Shown piece by piece: positions 50,901-64,000 of a stretch of 64,000 nt of DNA. The translations under genes were made by a program, and so were the position numbers. The stretch is taken from NCBI RefSeq assembly GCF_000181795.1, contig NW_003526945.1, forward strand, positions 3,892,108-3,956,107. The letters run 5' to 3'. The notes beneath the pieces were generated by a model. The model searched no databases, had not been told where the DNA came from, and saw only the letters and a program-made list of their open reading frames with translations. Source of the DNA: Trichinella spiralis. Taxonomy: Eukaryota. Each line of letters begins with the position of its first letter. Within the stretch, counting starts at the first letter, position 1.

Positions 50901-53900
50901 ATCCACTGGAAGATGGCGAAGTAAGTTGTAGATTTTTCAACTTTTGGAGAAAATCCTCGTGAATTTGTTGTGTATAAAAATTTTCTTCCATTTCAATCCA
51001 GATTCACACATCACTAGTTAATGGTAGACCTGGCGTCGATGGTCCAAGCGATACTTTGCAGGTGAAAAAATTGTTCAATTTTGCATGCATTTTTATAAAC
51101 TTTACATTAATGTTTCAAGGAATTCACAAGAGCAAGATATGTCCGGCTTCGATTCCAGAAACTGCGTACATTGAATTCTGATCTGATTTACATCACCAGG
51201 AAACCAAAGCATGAACACATTGATGAGTCTGTTACCCGAAGGGTAAGTTTGCTCATTTGATTATTTTTTTCATTCAAACAATTCAAATGTTCACTTGCTA
51301 ACATCTCGATTTCTATTTTCCTTTTAGTACTTTTATGCAATTCGTGACATCAGCATTGGTGGCCAGTGTATTTGCTACGGCCATGCTGAAAGTTGTCCAG
51401 CTGATCCCGTTTCAGGAGTCAGTTTCAGAACTTTATTCTTCTTCTTCCATCAATTTGAGATTTTCGTTGAAAAATTAATGCATTTCAGCAATTACAATGT
51501 GAATGCGTTCACAACACCTGCGGTGAAAATTGCGAACGATGCTGTCCATTGTTCAATCAGAAACAGTGGCGCCGAGGTACGACCAGCGATTCGGGCGATT
51601 GTGAACGTGAGTTATTACTGATCTATTATTATTATTATTTTATGTAAAAATAAGAAACGTAAGAAACAAAATGCAAATTTTAGCTTGTCAGTGTTTCAAT
51701 CATGCGACGGAGTGTAGATATGACCCTGAAGTGGAGAAGCAGCATCTCAGTTTGACCCCCGAAGGTATCTACGAAGGAGGTGGAGTGTGCATTGATTGTA
51801 AAGTGAGTTGTATTGGTTTTTGTATTCCATAATTATTTGTTTTTTTTTGCTTGTACATATTGTGCATAAATTTACAGCACAACACACAAGGCATCAATTG
51901 TCAAGAATGTAAAGATTTCTTTTACCGACCAACTGGCGTATCCGTGTACGATCAGAATACGTGCCAACCTTGCGAATGTGATCCGCTGGGTTCTATTGAC
52001 GGGTCGTGTGTTAAAGAACAGTCCACTGCACCGGAGGGAATGGTATGGGTGCACTTGTTTATTTGTTGTTAAATTTTCAAATTGACGTTTTAAACGTTTT
52101 TGTTCAGAAACCCGGCGACTGTTTCTGCAAGCCTGGCTTCGGAGGCAAACGATGCGAAAGATGTGCTCTCGGCTATCGTAACTATCCTGTCTGCGAACCT
52201 TGTCCATGCTCTCGTGCTGGTTCTTCAAACTATGCTACCTGCGAGGAGGATTGCATATGCAAAGTATGCGCATTTGAAAAGTGCCAAAATAATATTCAGC
52301 AGTGCAATCTTTTCTATTTGAATGATGATAGCGTTTTTTTAAATATGCCATTACTGATATTATTTTTCAGGAAAATGTGGAAGGAATATTTTGTGACCAT
52401 TGCAAACCAGGATTTTTCAACTTGGACGAGGATAATCCCGCCGGCTGTACAGCGTGTTTCTGCTTTGGCATGACGGACAAATGCAAAGAGGCTAATTTGG
52501 CCAAGCGGACGGTTTGCTTGTTGTTTAAATATTTTTAACATGAAATTACCAGCCATATTGTTCTATTTTAGATCATTGACATGTCAAATTGGACTTTGTC
52601 CAATTTGGATGGTTCGAAATCTTACAAACCAACGTACGAAACGTTTGGTGGTCTATCGTTAACCATGGACAACCGTCGTATAAACGATATGACATTGATG
52701 TATTGGAAAGCTCCAAACAACTACACTGGAGACATGGTATATTGGATTTTTTTCTTTTAGTAATTGGAAAAGCTCTGAATATGCAAATAGAAACTATTTT
52801 AGATTGCTTCTTACGGAGGCAACCTTCGTTATTACGTCTATTTCGTAGCAGAACGTGATGGTTCTCACATTCCAATTGCCGATGTCGTTTTGAAAGTATG
52901 TTCTAGGCACGACAAATGACAAACAGATAAACAGATTACAAAATACATTAAACAGGGAAATGGATTGGAAATTGAGCATCACGTTGATCAACCGTTTTAC
53001 GAGCGCGAAAATGTTACAGTAACCGTAAAATTGCACGAATCCTGGTCATGGCGTGATGTGAAATCGAAACGACCAGTGAGCAAAGTGGACTTCATGACCG
53101 TGTTGGCAAATGTGGAACTGTTGATGATCAAAGCAGTTTATCGCAAATCTCAACTGCAATCGAAGTAATTTGCTTTTGTTTGCTTTATTTTAAATTTTTT
53201 CTTTTCTTATAAATTATTTTTTCATTTGTTATTCAGCATTCATTCCATTTCTATGGAAGTGGCCGTTGTTGAGGCTGCTGAGAACAGCAACAACAACAAC
53301 AACAGTTCGCTGATGAAAAGTGTTGAAATGTGCGAATGTCCTGAAAAATATTCTGGTCTCTCTTGCCAGGTAATATATCCGTTGCATTTTTTAATTTGAT
53401 TCATATTCAAATGTGTTTCGAATGGATTTCAACAAACTTTAAAACTGTATTATTGCCCAATAGATTGGGACAAAAAAATACAATTCAATTGTTCTCTTAT
53501 AAATATATTTGTGTAGAGCTGTATCCCTGGTCATCGACGATTGAATAACATTCTTTACAAAGGTCGGTGTGAAGCTTGCTTGTGCAACGGTCGATCGTTA
53601 CGTTGTGACGCACACACTGGTCATTGTTTGGTAATTTTATCGAAATACTTTTCATTTGATATGTTTCACTTGCGTGTTTCTTAATTTCTGTCGGCGGAAA
53701 TGTAATATATAGTTTTTCTTAAATCTCTGGTACAGGACTGCACGCATCATACAACTGGTGCACGTTGTGAACACTGCGCTCGAGGTTACTATGGAAATCC
53801 CCAACTGCAAGGCGGTGATTCGGCTTGCAAACCTTGTGCATGCCCATTGTTGAATCCGGAGAACAATTTCAGTCCTACCTGCATCAGCGCTGAATATGGC

Positions 53901-55891
53901 CTAGCTCATTCATATTCCGCAGACTACATTTGTACAGACTGTCAGCTTGGATACACTGGAATCAAATGCGAACAGTATTGCACAATATATATATTTTGTA
54001 TCTGTGAAAATTGACGTGTAATGGAATGCATTGTAGATGTGCCGATGGTTATTTTGGCGATCCAATGGTGCCCGGCAATTTTTGTCAACCTTGTCAGTGC
54101 AATGGGAATGTTGACACAGCAGCGGTTGGAAACTGTCATCATCGCACTGGCGAATGTTTGAAATGCATAGGCAATACTGTAGGGTGGAACTGTGAACGTT
54201 GCAAGGACAGCTTTTACGGAAACGCTTTGGAGAACAACTGCCGAGGTGAGTTCTGAGCTTTACTGTCCATTGCTTCTTTGTGTGGATCAAGTGTTTGTTG
54301 ATTCTCTTGTCAGCTTGTGGGTGCAATTTACATGGCTCGTTGTCGTTGAACTGCGATCAGTCGAACGGTACCTGCCCTTGCAAGAAGTATTTTATCGGCA
54401 GGCAGTGCGATCAGTGTGAAGTGAGCAATTTATTTCTTTGTTTTATATTTATATTCTTATTTTTTATCGAAAATTTGAAAAAAAAGCTTAATGAAATTGA
54501 CCTGTGTAATATCGAAATGTATATATGTATTTTTTCTTTTGTTTGGTTCATTGGTTTGTCTGTTTAGGAAGGGTACGGCGATATTGAAAACGGATGTGTG
54601 GAATGTGCTTGCAATGAAGTCGGCTCGTTATCGTTGCGTTGTGATCCCGTTTCTGGTCAGTGTCCGTGTAAAGCAGGCGTCTTTGGCAAACGCTGTGACA
54701 CTTGTGTATCTGGATATTATGACTTCTCAGAACGAGGCTGTCGATGTATGTGCTTGTTTGTTTCTGTTTGATGTGAACTGTAATTTTATTATTGTTTTGT
54801 GTTTTAGTTTGCAATTGCTTTGCACCCGGCTCGGTGGAAAATGGAAAATGTGATTTGCAAACTGGGCAGTGTGTTTGCTTGCCGAATGTGGTTGGTCAAA
54901 AGTGCGATCGGTGCCAGGTAGACGATTCGAATATTATTAATTTTATGAAATTGCACATTTACATATTCATATTTGTTTGCCCCTTAAGGATGGTTATTAC
55001 AATATTTCCTCTGGCGAAGGTTGCAAACCTTGTGACTGTGATCCGCACGGTTCAGATGACGAAGTTTGCGATCAACACACTGGCCAGTGCAAGTGCAAGC
55101 ATAATGTTGCAGGTGACAAGTGTGACAAGTGTGCTCCGAATTATTTTGGATATGTTAGCCACGGATGCAAAGGTATGTCTGTGTGTGTGTGTGTCTGTGT
55201 TTGAATTGTTTTAGCAATAATTATGATGAAATAGTCGAATAGGTTAATTGAAAATTGCCGAATAGAAATATAATATTTACTTTTCCATTTGATTTTCATT
55301 GCAGAATGTCCACGATGTCCAGCTCCAGGGCACGTATGCCATCCTACCACAGGCGAGTGCGTATGCCCCCCGAACACTGTTGGTGACATGTGTGAACAGT
55401 GCGCGCAGAATTCTTGGAATTATGACCCTTTGAAAGGTTGTGAGGCCTGCGATTGCAATATCGATGGTTCCAAGTCGTCTGTTTGCGATTTGCACACTGG
55501 CAATTGTAAATGTCGCACCGGCTATACTGGCCAGAAGTGCAATCTTTGCATGCCGGGATTTTTCGACTTTCCTGTCTGTCGTCCTTGCCAGTGCTTTTTG
55601 CCGGGTACCGATCCGAATACATGTCACTCAGATGGATGCACTTGCGATGATCAAGGCCAGTGCGCTTGTAAGGTTGGTGCAGAATTGATGTTTTTATCCG
55701 TTTGAAGATTCCTTTGATTGATTTTAATAATTTTATCATAGAAAAATGTGCATGGCTTAAAATGCGACGAATGTCAGCCATATTCGTTCAGTTTAGAAGA
55801 AGCCAATCCAGACGGATGCACGGAATGTTTTTGCTTTCAAAGAACAAACTTTTGCATTCAGTCTTCGTTTGTTTGGCAACAGGTTTGTAAT

Positions 55892-55927
<36 letters not shown>

Positions 55928-58900
55928 CTGCTATTTCATTTCGTCATTTCCATTTATTGTTCAGATTATTACCGAAGATCGGCATGCGTTTTTTGTCCAG
56001 CCATGGCTGTACCCGACGCGTATCCATGGACTGGAAGTGTTGCCTTCTGAACCGCTTGTCCTGAACTCATATCCAGCTGACCATACTCCCATTTATTGGT
56101 CTTTGCCGAAAAGATTTCTCGGAGACAAAGTATACCTTATTTTTTATATGCATTTTTTCTCTCATTATTTCAATTTTATCTTGTGAAATTATTCGACGCT
56201 GATTCTTATTTAAATTTTTTTAATGTAGATTCTTTCCTACAATGGATTGCTCCGATTTGAAGTTTCCAATATTGGCAATCATTTCATTGACGGCTCACTG
56301 AAGCCAGACGAACGTCTTTTCGAACAATATCCGCTGGTTGTATTGGTCGGCAATCATCGACTGGTATTTGAGCATTACAAAAGTCGATTCGAAATTTCTC
56401 CGAACGGTGTCTATACGGTCAAGCTTCGACAGGTTTGGAAGAATTCGATAAATTTAAGCGTGAAATTTTCACTCGGTTCAATTATAATCTGTTCAACATC
56501 AACAGGATCAGTGGAAAGCTCGTCAACAGAAAGAGTTGCCAGTTTCTCGCCAAGCGTTCATGACCGCTTTGCAAAATTTGCAAGCAGTTTACATCCGAGG
56601 CACCTTCAACGAGCGTATTCACGAAGCTAGGTGTGTAGCAGCTTGAGTTTTCATTTTTATTTTTACTTTATACTTACTTTATTTTTTCGTTGCTGCGTTT
56701 CAGCTTAAGCGGAGTGACAATGGACATGGCTGTGTACGAAAACACAACTTTAGCCGGAAACAAGACTGCAGTGGGCGTTGAAGCTTGCGATTGTCCCAAA
56801 GACTACAGCGGAACGTCGTGTCAGGTGAGAATTTTCATAGATCAATTTATATTGCTTATTTGCTGCTAACTGGGCAGCAACAACTGAACAGTGAACACGA
56901 CTGTGAACTGTGGACGTGAGTTGAGGGGTAGGCAGTAGGAGAGGCATAAAATTACTCTGTATGTTTCTTTGTTAATGGCAAATATTTGTTGAATATTTGC
57001 TGTAAAAATGCAAATTTGTCATCTGTGAATAATTGTCCTCTTTTCAAGAAACCCGCCGACGGGTATTGCCGCAAGAAGCACGTGAATTATTTGGATAGTA
57101 CAAACGAGCTGGATTTGGTCGGTTGGGCAGAATCTTGCGCTTGCAATGAACATTCGTCTAGCTGCGACCGGGAAACGTGCGTCTGTTTGGTAAATTTTGC
57201 TGTTTTTGTTGCTTCTAATCGTCGGCGATCGCATTTTCACCTACCTCTTTGTGCACATTTTGTTTCGTTGCTCATTTTTTCCAGTCCTGTCAGCACAACA
57301 CGACCGGCGATCATTGTGAACATTGCGCCGTCGGTTATTACGGCAATGCAAAAGAAGGAACGCCGCATGATTGTCGAAAATGCGCTTGTCCGCGTGCGGA
57401 TCAGAGTTTCAGCCAGTCGTGTCGTTTGGTTGCTTCGGGCAAAGGATATGCGTGCGATCAGTGCGAACCCGGCTACACTGGAGTCTATTGCGAACAGTAG
57501 GGACCGAACCGACAGTTGTCGGTGGCGGCTTGTGAATGAATTTGTTACTTTTCAGCTGTCTGTACGGATACTTTGGCGACCCGCAGCGAGAAGGCGGGAA
57601 ATGCACCGCCTGCGATTGCAATCCTTACGGTTCGTTGTCTGAAATTTGCGATTCGACCAGCGGTCAGTGTCCGTGTCGAGAAGGAGTCACCGGCAGGGAC
57701 TGTTCGGAATGTCAGTCCAGGTACGCTCTGGTCGGTGCTGAATGTCAGTGTAAGTTGGCAAATTGTGTAAATTCGCTGGGGATTTTTTGTATGTTTTTTT
57801 TTTGATTTTGTTCAATAATTGTATCTTCGTTGGCGTACAGCTTGCGACGTCGGTTGCACGAAAGAATTGATGATGGATGTGGATCAGCTGAACGCTGTCA
57901 TACAGACGGTGAACATTTCCCACTTCATCCCGGCACCGTGGGGTCGTGCGTTGCGATTGCAAAACGACACCGCCAACATGCGTCGACAATTGGAAAGCAT
58001 TTTGCAAGCTCGCGTCGACGCTGAGCAAATATTGCTCGACCTGAGCGACGGCGATGAGTTTACCAATCAAGTCGATTCTTTGCAAAAAGATGTCACTTAT
58101 CTGCAAGAGAGGACCATCTCCAGCAAGGCTAAAGCTGCACAATTTATGAACAATTCAGAACATGTGAAAATGGATGTTCGATCGACATTGGAAAAGGCTT
58201 TTGGTGAGTGCCTTTTGTTGTTGTTGTATTTGTAGAGCTTGACTTTTCTTTGGTGCACAAGTGGTGCGTTCACGGCACGGAACGTTCTGAATAGCAGGAA
58301 GAATGTTCAGAAGAGTATTTATTGTTGAGTTGTATTTTTCAAAATTACAACACGCTTCAGTTGATGATTCCTTCGTGGAAGATTCATGTTGTTTTTGTGC
58401 ATGTGGAAAAGAAGCGATTTAAAAGCCGATTTACAAACGAGTTATTTGCTGACTTGATGTCAAAATTTGCAACGTTTTTTTCAGCCTTGCGTCAAGCTTT
58501 ACTGATATACTTGGCAAGTGCTTCTGATGCGTCTCAGGAAGAGCTGACTGAATGGCTGGAGCAGATGAAGCAAACTTTGGACGAGATTCGAGGACGAGAC
58601 GAATATTTGCAAAAGCATCTGAGCCGCGCTGAAATGGAGCTCAGGTTTATTTGATATATTATATATATACAGCATTTGAAGTTTTGCTTGTTCAATGTTT
58701 TGCTCTTTTATTATCGTTAAAGAAGACAAAAGGAACTGCTGGCAGTGGTGTTGGCGAAGAAGTTCAACGATACGCAGTTTGAACGACTGAAAGAGAAAAT
58801 CTTGGCTGAAACGAAGCGTTGGGAAAATATGCGGGATATAATTTGGGATACGGTTCGCAAGCAGTCCACTTCCGCTTCGGGAACTCTGTCAACGGCTACC

Positions 58901-61900
58901 AAAATGCTCGAGCAATACATGGTACGTGTGTGATCGATGTTGGTTTTTTTTCTTCATTTTCATTCAATTGAGAATTATTGTATGTTTGTTTTTTGTTGTA
59001 GAATATTCTGGAAGATGTTGAAAATATTGGTGAAGGTTCGATGAAAGTGTTAACTGATGCACAGGAAAAGCTCGACAACGCCACACAAGATCTGCTCAAC
59101 GTGCACGACAATTACAGGGTACGTAATATCCAGTGTTGTTGGTTTTGGGTATTTTTTTTGAAAAATAGACAAAACAAAAACTTATTATTCAATTGAAGGA
59201 AGCGAACCAGTCGATACCTCGACTCGAAGAAGCGTTGGTTCTTTGCGACAAAGAAGCAAGCCGGCTGGCAGTTTTGCTTCCGGCTCACCGGGAAAAGTAT
59301 TACTATCCGGCTGAAAGCCACGCTGACATGTTGGAAGTGGAAGCGGCTGAAATTAAAAAGTGCAATTAATATTGATTGTTTGTTTTGGAAAAGATTAACG
59401 TGTTTTATTTAAATTTGTAGCTCCTTTGCCGAAACTAAAGACGCATCTCATTTGGCTCTCGTTGCTTCGGGCGTGTATGAAAATATTATCGAAGCGTTGC
59501 AAAATGCATCCAAAGCTGCCGACCTGGCGCAAGAAGCAACTCATCGTACAGACAAGGTAATGCGAGTGTAAATTGCAATTATTAATACGTGAATATATGT
59601 ATATATTTGGTTTTCAAATGCCATTTCAGTTGATTTCTAATCCGGAATATCCGCTGGTGGATTCCGCACGTCAGGTAACCAATCACAGCATGGAATTGCA
59701 CAGGGATGCACAGTCGATCGACGTGAACGGTACGGGTCAAAAGAACATTGAAATGAAATTTTTCAAAAAAAAAACTAAACCGTTATTAAATTTTATTGAT
59801 AAATCAATTTTCGCAGGCTTGTTGAACAAAGTGACCGAATACGAGAATCGTACGAGCGGTATGAAGAGCAACATCGACGACTCGATGAAGGATTTGGAAA
59901 ATATTTGGTCAAGTTTCGACAAATTTGATGGTAAAAATTTTTATTTTTTACACCACTTTTTGCTGTGATGAGTTTGTTTTTGCTTTGTTTTGTCTTTATT
60001 TTTGGTAGATTTTCACAACAAAATGGAAGGCGTGCACGATATTACGAAAAAGGTGGGCAAGCAGTCGTCCGCGGAAGAGGGCCAAACGTCTGCGGTTATT
60101 GACAGCGTCACTAGTCTGGGGAACAAAGTCGAAGAGTTTTTGTCTCTTACCAGTCTTGGCATTCGAAAAGTTACTGATTCTGGTTAGTGGGATTTTTATT
60201 TTTTTAAAAAAATATTTATTTATATTTTAATGATGTGCTGTTGTGTTCAAGTGAATCGATCATTGGAAGAGGTGCTTCGAGCAAGGGAACGTTTGAATCG
60301 TGTGCGCACTCAGGCCGACAATAACGACCAGAAAGTTTTCGATCTTAACAATAAATTGTCGCTGTTGAAAGAGAAAATCAAAGAAGCTCGTGAAAAAGCT
60401 TCCAAAGTTTGTCGTTTGGCTACGACCGTGTGCATTTTTGGGGTAGGGGCTGATAGAATTGTTGCTTTTGTAGGTGAAATTGTCTGTCAAATCGAACGCG
60501 GACGATAAATGTTTCCGATCCTATTCGTCGCCGACGGTTCCGTCAATTTCGAACGAAATCAGTGTCGCCTACCGTCCCCTGGACCGTGTACCGAATTCAT
60601 TGTTATTTTTGACCCAAACTGAACGTACCAGAACGGTAAGATTTTTTTTTCTGTTTGCTTTTCAATGAGATTTTAATTTTAATGTTGGTTCCGTTGTTTC
60701 GGTGAATGGGGAGAATTTCGTTGAAAGTTCTCTTTCTCTCCTCGCAAAATTCTTTCTTTTTTTTCTGAATAATATTTTTTTTTCAAGCAAAATACCGAAT
60801 ATATGGCAATTGAACTTCGTGATCGTCAAATTGTTTTCCTGTGGAATATTGGCGGTGGTGATCAAAAAGTGACCAATTTGAAGCAGATTCGATCAGTGGC
60901 ACGTAAAGATCGCATCGCTTGGTATACGATTGATGTGAAACGGTATGTAATGGTAGTTTTTCATTTTGCTTTAATTCATTCTACGTGAAAGAAGGGAGAG
61001 TATTTCTTTTTTAGCAACGGCAACGCTGTGGTGTTGAATGTCACCGACGAAGAAGGCAGTACGACTGTGAATTACGATGGCGGCGGTTCACATGCAGTTT
61101 TCAACGCGATCCCTGGTCGGACGACATTATCTTTCGGCGCCGATCCATCAAAATTACCTCCCACAATTTCTACATCCCAATTTCGCGGAGCCGTTGGTCG
61201 GATCGAAGTCGACGGCCATGCGATTCCGTTGTGGAATTTCAACGCCGACGAACACTGCGTCGGCAATTTTCCAAAGTAGCGTCGTCGTTTTGCGTTCGGA
61301 AATTTTCCCCTTCCATATAATCAATTCTGCGCGCATTGTTTCAGAGCTTCCACCAAACCGTTGGAAGGCCTTGTGCAAGGGTGGATGTTCCGCGACGGAT
61401 ATGCCCAAGTGGCGCCGAACAGTCTTTTGTACGACATGCGCGAATTCCGTATTCAAGTCAACTTTGCCACCTATTCTGAAACGGGTCTGCTCTATTTCCG
61501 TGGTGATCCGGTGAGCGCCGACTTTTTGTGTTCTCATATCGCGCGTATTATTATTTCATAATTCTTTTTTCATCTAGAAAACAAAAGATTTCGTCTCTAT
61601 TGAACTGAAAGATGGTCATGTTGTGCTTCAATTTTATCTGGGAGGCTTGTCGAAACTGCGCCTAGTTTCCCAGCATGCTTACAACGATGGAAAATTTCAC
61701 AATGTGCTAGCGTTGCGCATGAAGACCAATGGTGCGCGCAGTTGTTGTTGTTCATCATTCATTCGTGGTTGTTTGTTTATTTGCTGCTTCTTCTTTTTGT
61801 TCCAGGTACGTTGCGAGTCGACAGCGATAGCGATGTAGTTACTGGTGAAGCGGCTCCAGGCTCGACGGGCTTGAACATCCGCGATCATGATCACTACGTC

Positions 61901-63826
61901 GGCGGTGTACCGGATAGCTTTCCCAAAGACGCGTAAATTCATATTTTTGTTGTTGTTCTCTGCTACACAAGAAAGAGAAGTGGTGTTTCTTTTTTTGAAA
62001 AATGATTTTTTTTCACATATGTGCAGTTGGTTCTCGTACGGCATCCAGTGGAGAGGCTTTTACGGTTGTATCCGGTCCATTTCGCATGGCTTTGGTCAGA
62101 ATATTGACATCCGGAACGCGTTGAAGTCGTTGAACGTGGACGAATCGTGCGTGGAATCCAACGAGCGTTTGGCCACTGACGACAGAGTGATCAGTTTCAA
62201 CGGACAGGGCGTCTTTGCGATGCAGAGTTTCATCTTGGACGCAGACTCTTCGTTGTCGTTCAACATGCGTACAACTGCCGAAGAGGCGATTTTGCTTTAT
62301 CAGAGCAGTCAGTTGAAAAACAAACGTCGCAGAGATATCCATTCTGAGGTGACTGGCCACTTTTATTTCCACATCATCTCCCTTCTTGCCTTTTGCACGA
62401 CATACTTGCTTTTATGGGATTGTGTAAAAATTTTCATGCTGGTGGATGAAATTGCATTTTTGTTTGCAGGGTTTTGTTGTTGTCTACATGATGCAAGGGC
62501 GAGTGTATGTGCACATTGGACGTTCAACTGGCAGTGCAATTACACTGCACACTGACGACAACTTCAACGACGGTAAATTGCACAACATACTGATCAAACG
62601 TGAAAAGGCTAGGTTTGTTTGTTTGTTTGTTTGTTTGTTTGTTTGTTTGCATCATGCCAATGAATTTGCAGCGTGACGTTGTTTGTCGATGATTTGGAAA
62701 TGGATAGTGGCGAATTTGATACGTTGTGGACTCTTGGTTCGGTCGAGTCGATTCTGTTGCTCGGTGGATTGGCCGGAGTGAAAGTTCCCTCTGATGAAGC
62801 GACTGTGACACGTTCTTTCGTCGGTTGCCTTTCTGATTTCTTTCTGAACTACGAGTTTGTGATTTTTTTCCATTAATTAATTAATTAATTAATTAATTAA
62901 TCAACACTGCTCTATTTTACTTTAATTTGTTGTTTTCTAATTTTGCAGAAGGATGCCGTTGTTGCCTCATTTTCTTCTGAACGCTCGGCTTGGCTACTGC
63001 GGGTTGGGAAGCTACGATGGCTATTATGGTATATAATTTCATTTTAGCAAATAATTTCATAAATTGCTGAAAACTAATTCTCGACTATATGTTCAAAAGT
63101 ATTTGTTTGTTTTAATGAGTCGATTTTATTAATCCTTTTTCTCATTAAACAGTAAATTCTTCTCCTATTATAAATAAATTAATCGTTATCGAATTAAATA
63201 TTTATCTCTTGAAGGCATTTTTTCTGCATAGTGCTGTTTAGTGGCTACAGTTTGCTTGCTTGCCTCCTTGCTTGCTTGCTTACCTGTGCTTCAGACCGTA
63301 TATATATATATATATCGCTTTTTGCAGATTAAGTGTGCGATTGTTGTTGATGATGACGTGCTTATAGGGAAATTCTTTTTTTTTGTTTGCTTTTTATTTC
63401 ACAACCATACTAGTAGTAGCAGTGGATTTTGTGACATTAAATGAAAAGTGAAGAATATTTTTTAATATAAAATGACGCTTTTCATAAAATATTTATGATC
63501 AAGTTCGTCATTGTTGTGTTGTTTTTTTTTCTTTCTTTTCTTGCGTGTAATTTAAATGAAGTTTGTAATAATTTTATTTTTTACGTTAATTTCCTTTTTT
63601 TCTTTTTCTTGGGAAAGTTTACGTGTAATTTCTGCAAGTGAAATTTCTAATACGCGTTTCTTGTATGCGTGAAAAGTTGCTTCTCTCCAAGGTGTGAAAT
63701 CAATGGATCCACTGCTAGCCGATGACAGCACCGGTCAGATTCCGGTCTTGTTTCGAAAGCGACTTCAACCTGCTTTAACTGCGAAGAAAAATGGCAAGAA
63801 ATGGCAGTTGAAAACTCGTCGAGGAG
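47929..63826 (+). CDS. lam-3: Laminin alpha chain, alpha-1/alpha-2 (lam-3 / wing blister) type; 3' end incomplete in this window
   Basis: Signal peptide [22 protein letters not shown] domain [36 protein letters not shown]...[24 protein letters not shown]...[15 protein letters not shown], matching the LAMA1/2 N-terminus. Then LE repeats, two L4 (domain IV) inserts (~52570-53330 and ~55965-56780), coiled coil (~57850-60400) and LG1-LG3 (~60475-63020). No stop codon or LG4-5 is seen. The last exon 63691-63826 is tentative. Confidence 0.95.
62613..62649. repeat. (GTTT)n microsatellite in a laminin intron
   Basis: About nine gttt units lie at the 5' end of a short intron. Confidence 0.85.
62873..62900. 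repeat. (TTAA)n self-complementary microsatellite in a laminin intron
   Basis: ttaattaattaattaattaattaattaa is visible directly. Confidence 0.85.
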
Positions 63827-64000
63827 GTGATATTTTCTGAAAAAATGAACATCACTTATTATCATTAAATAAATATGTGTAACAACCTTTTCAAGCATAC
63901 GTATAATTGTGTATGTATGTATGTATGTATGTATGTTAGTTTGTTTGTTTGTTTGAAATGGAGGGGTTGGACTTTTTTTCATGATTTGGTTTAGTTTTGT

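Noticed and set aside
53910..62873. Numerous 60-150 aa minus-strand ORFs within the laminin locus
   Set aside because: They are antisense shadows of Cys-rich and coiled-coil exons with no independent protein signatures.

Overview
AT-rich eukaryotic genomic DNA with many short GT-AG introns and abundant microsatellites. Composition and gene style suggest a nematode, plausibly Trichinella-like; this is inference only. Most entries in the six-frame ORF track are exon fragments or spurious, so gene models were assembled by hand from splice sites and recognised motifs, and some exon ends are approximate. Genes in order: EMX/empty-spiracles homeobox gene (+), inositol hexakisphosphate kinase (-), SLC35C2-like transporter (+), ceramide transfer protein CERT (-), intronless NICE-3/C1orf43-like gene (-), long-tailed myosin I (+), three tandem ~3.7 kb units each carrying an intact SH2-tyrosine kinase gene (-), RIO1 kinase (+), and laminin alpha-1/2-like (+, runs off the window). 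The most unusual element is the kinase triplet. All three copies have intact reading frames yet share non-canonical substitutions: SH2 FLVR->F(L/M)VH, DFG->DFN/DFK, and a glycine-poor P-loop. They also show patchwork similarity and near-identical non-coding flanks. No prokaryotic features, CRISPR arrays, rRNA, tRNA or recognisable transposons were found.
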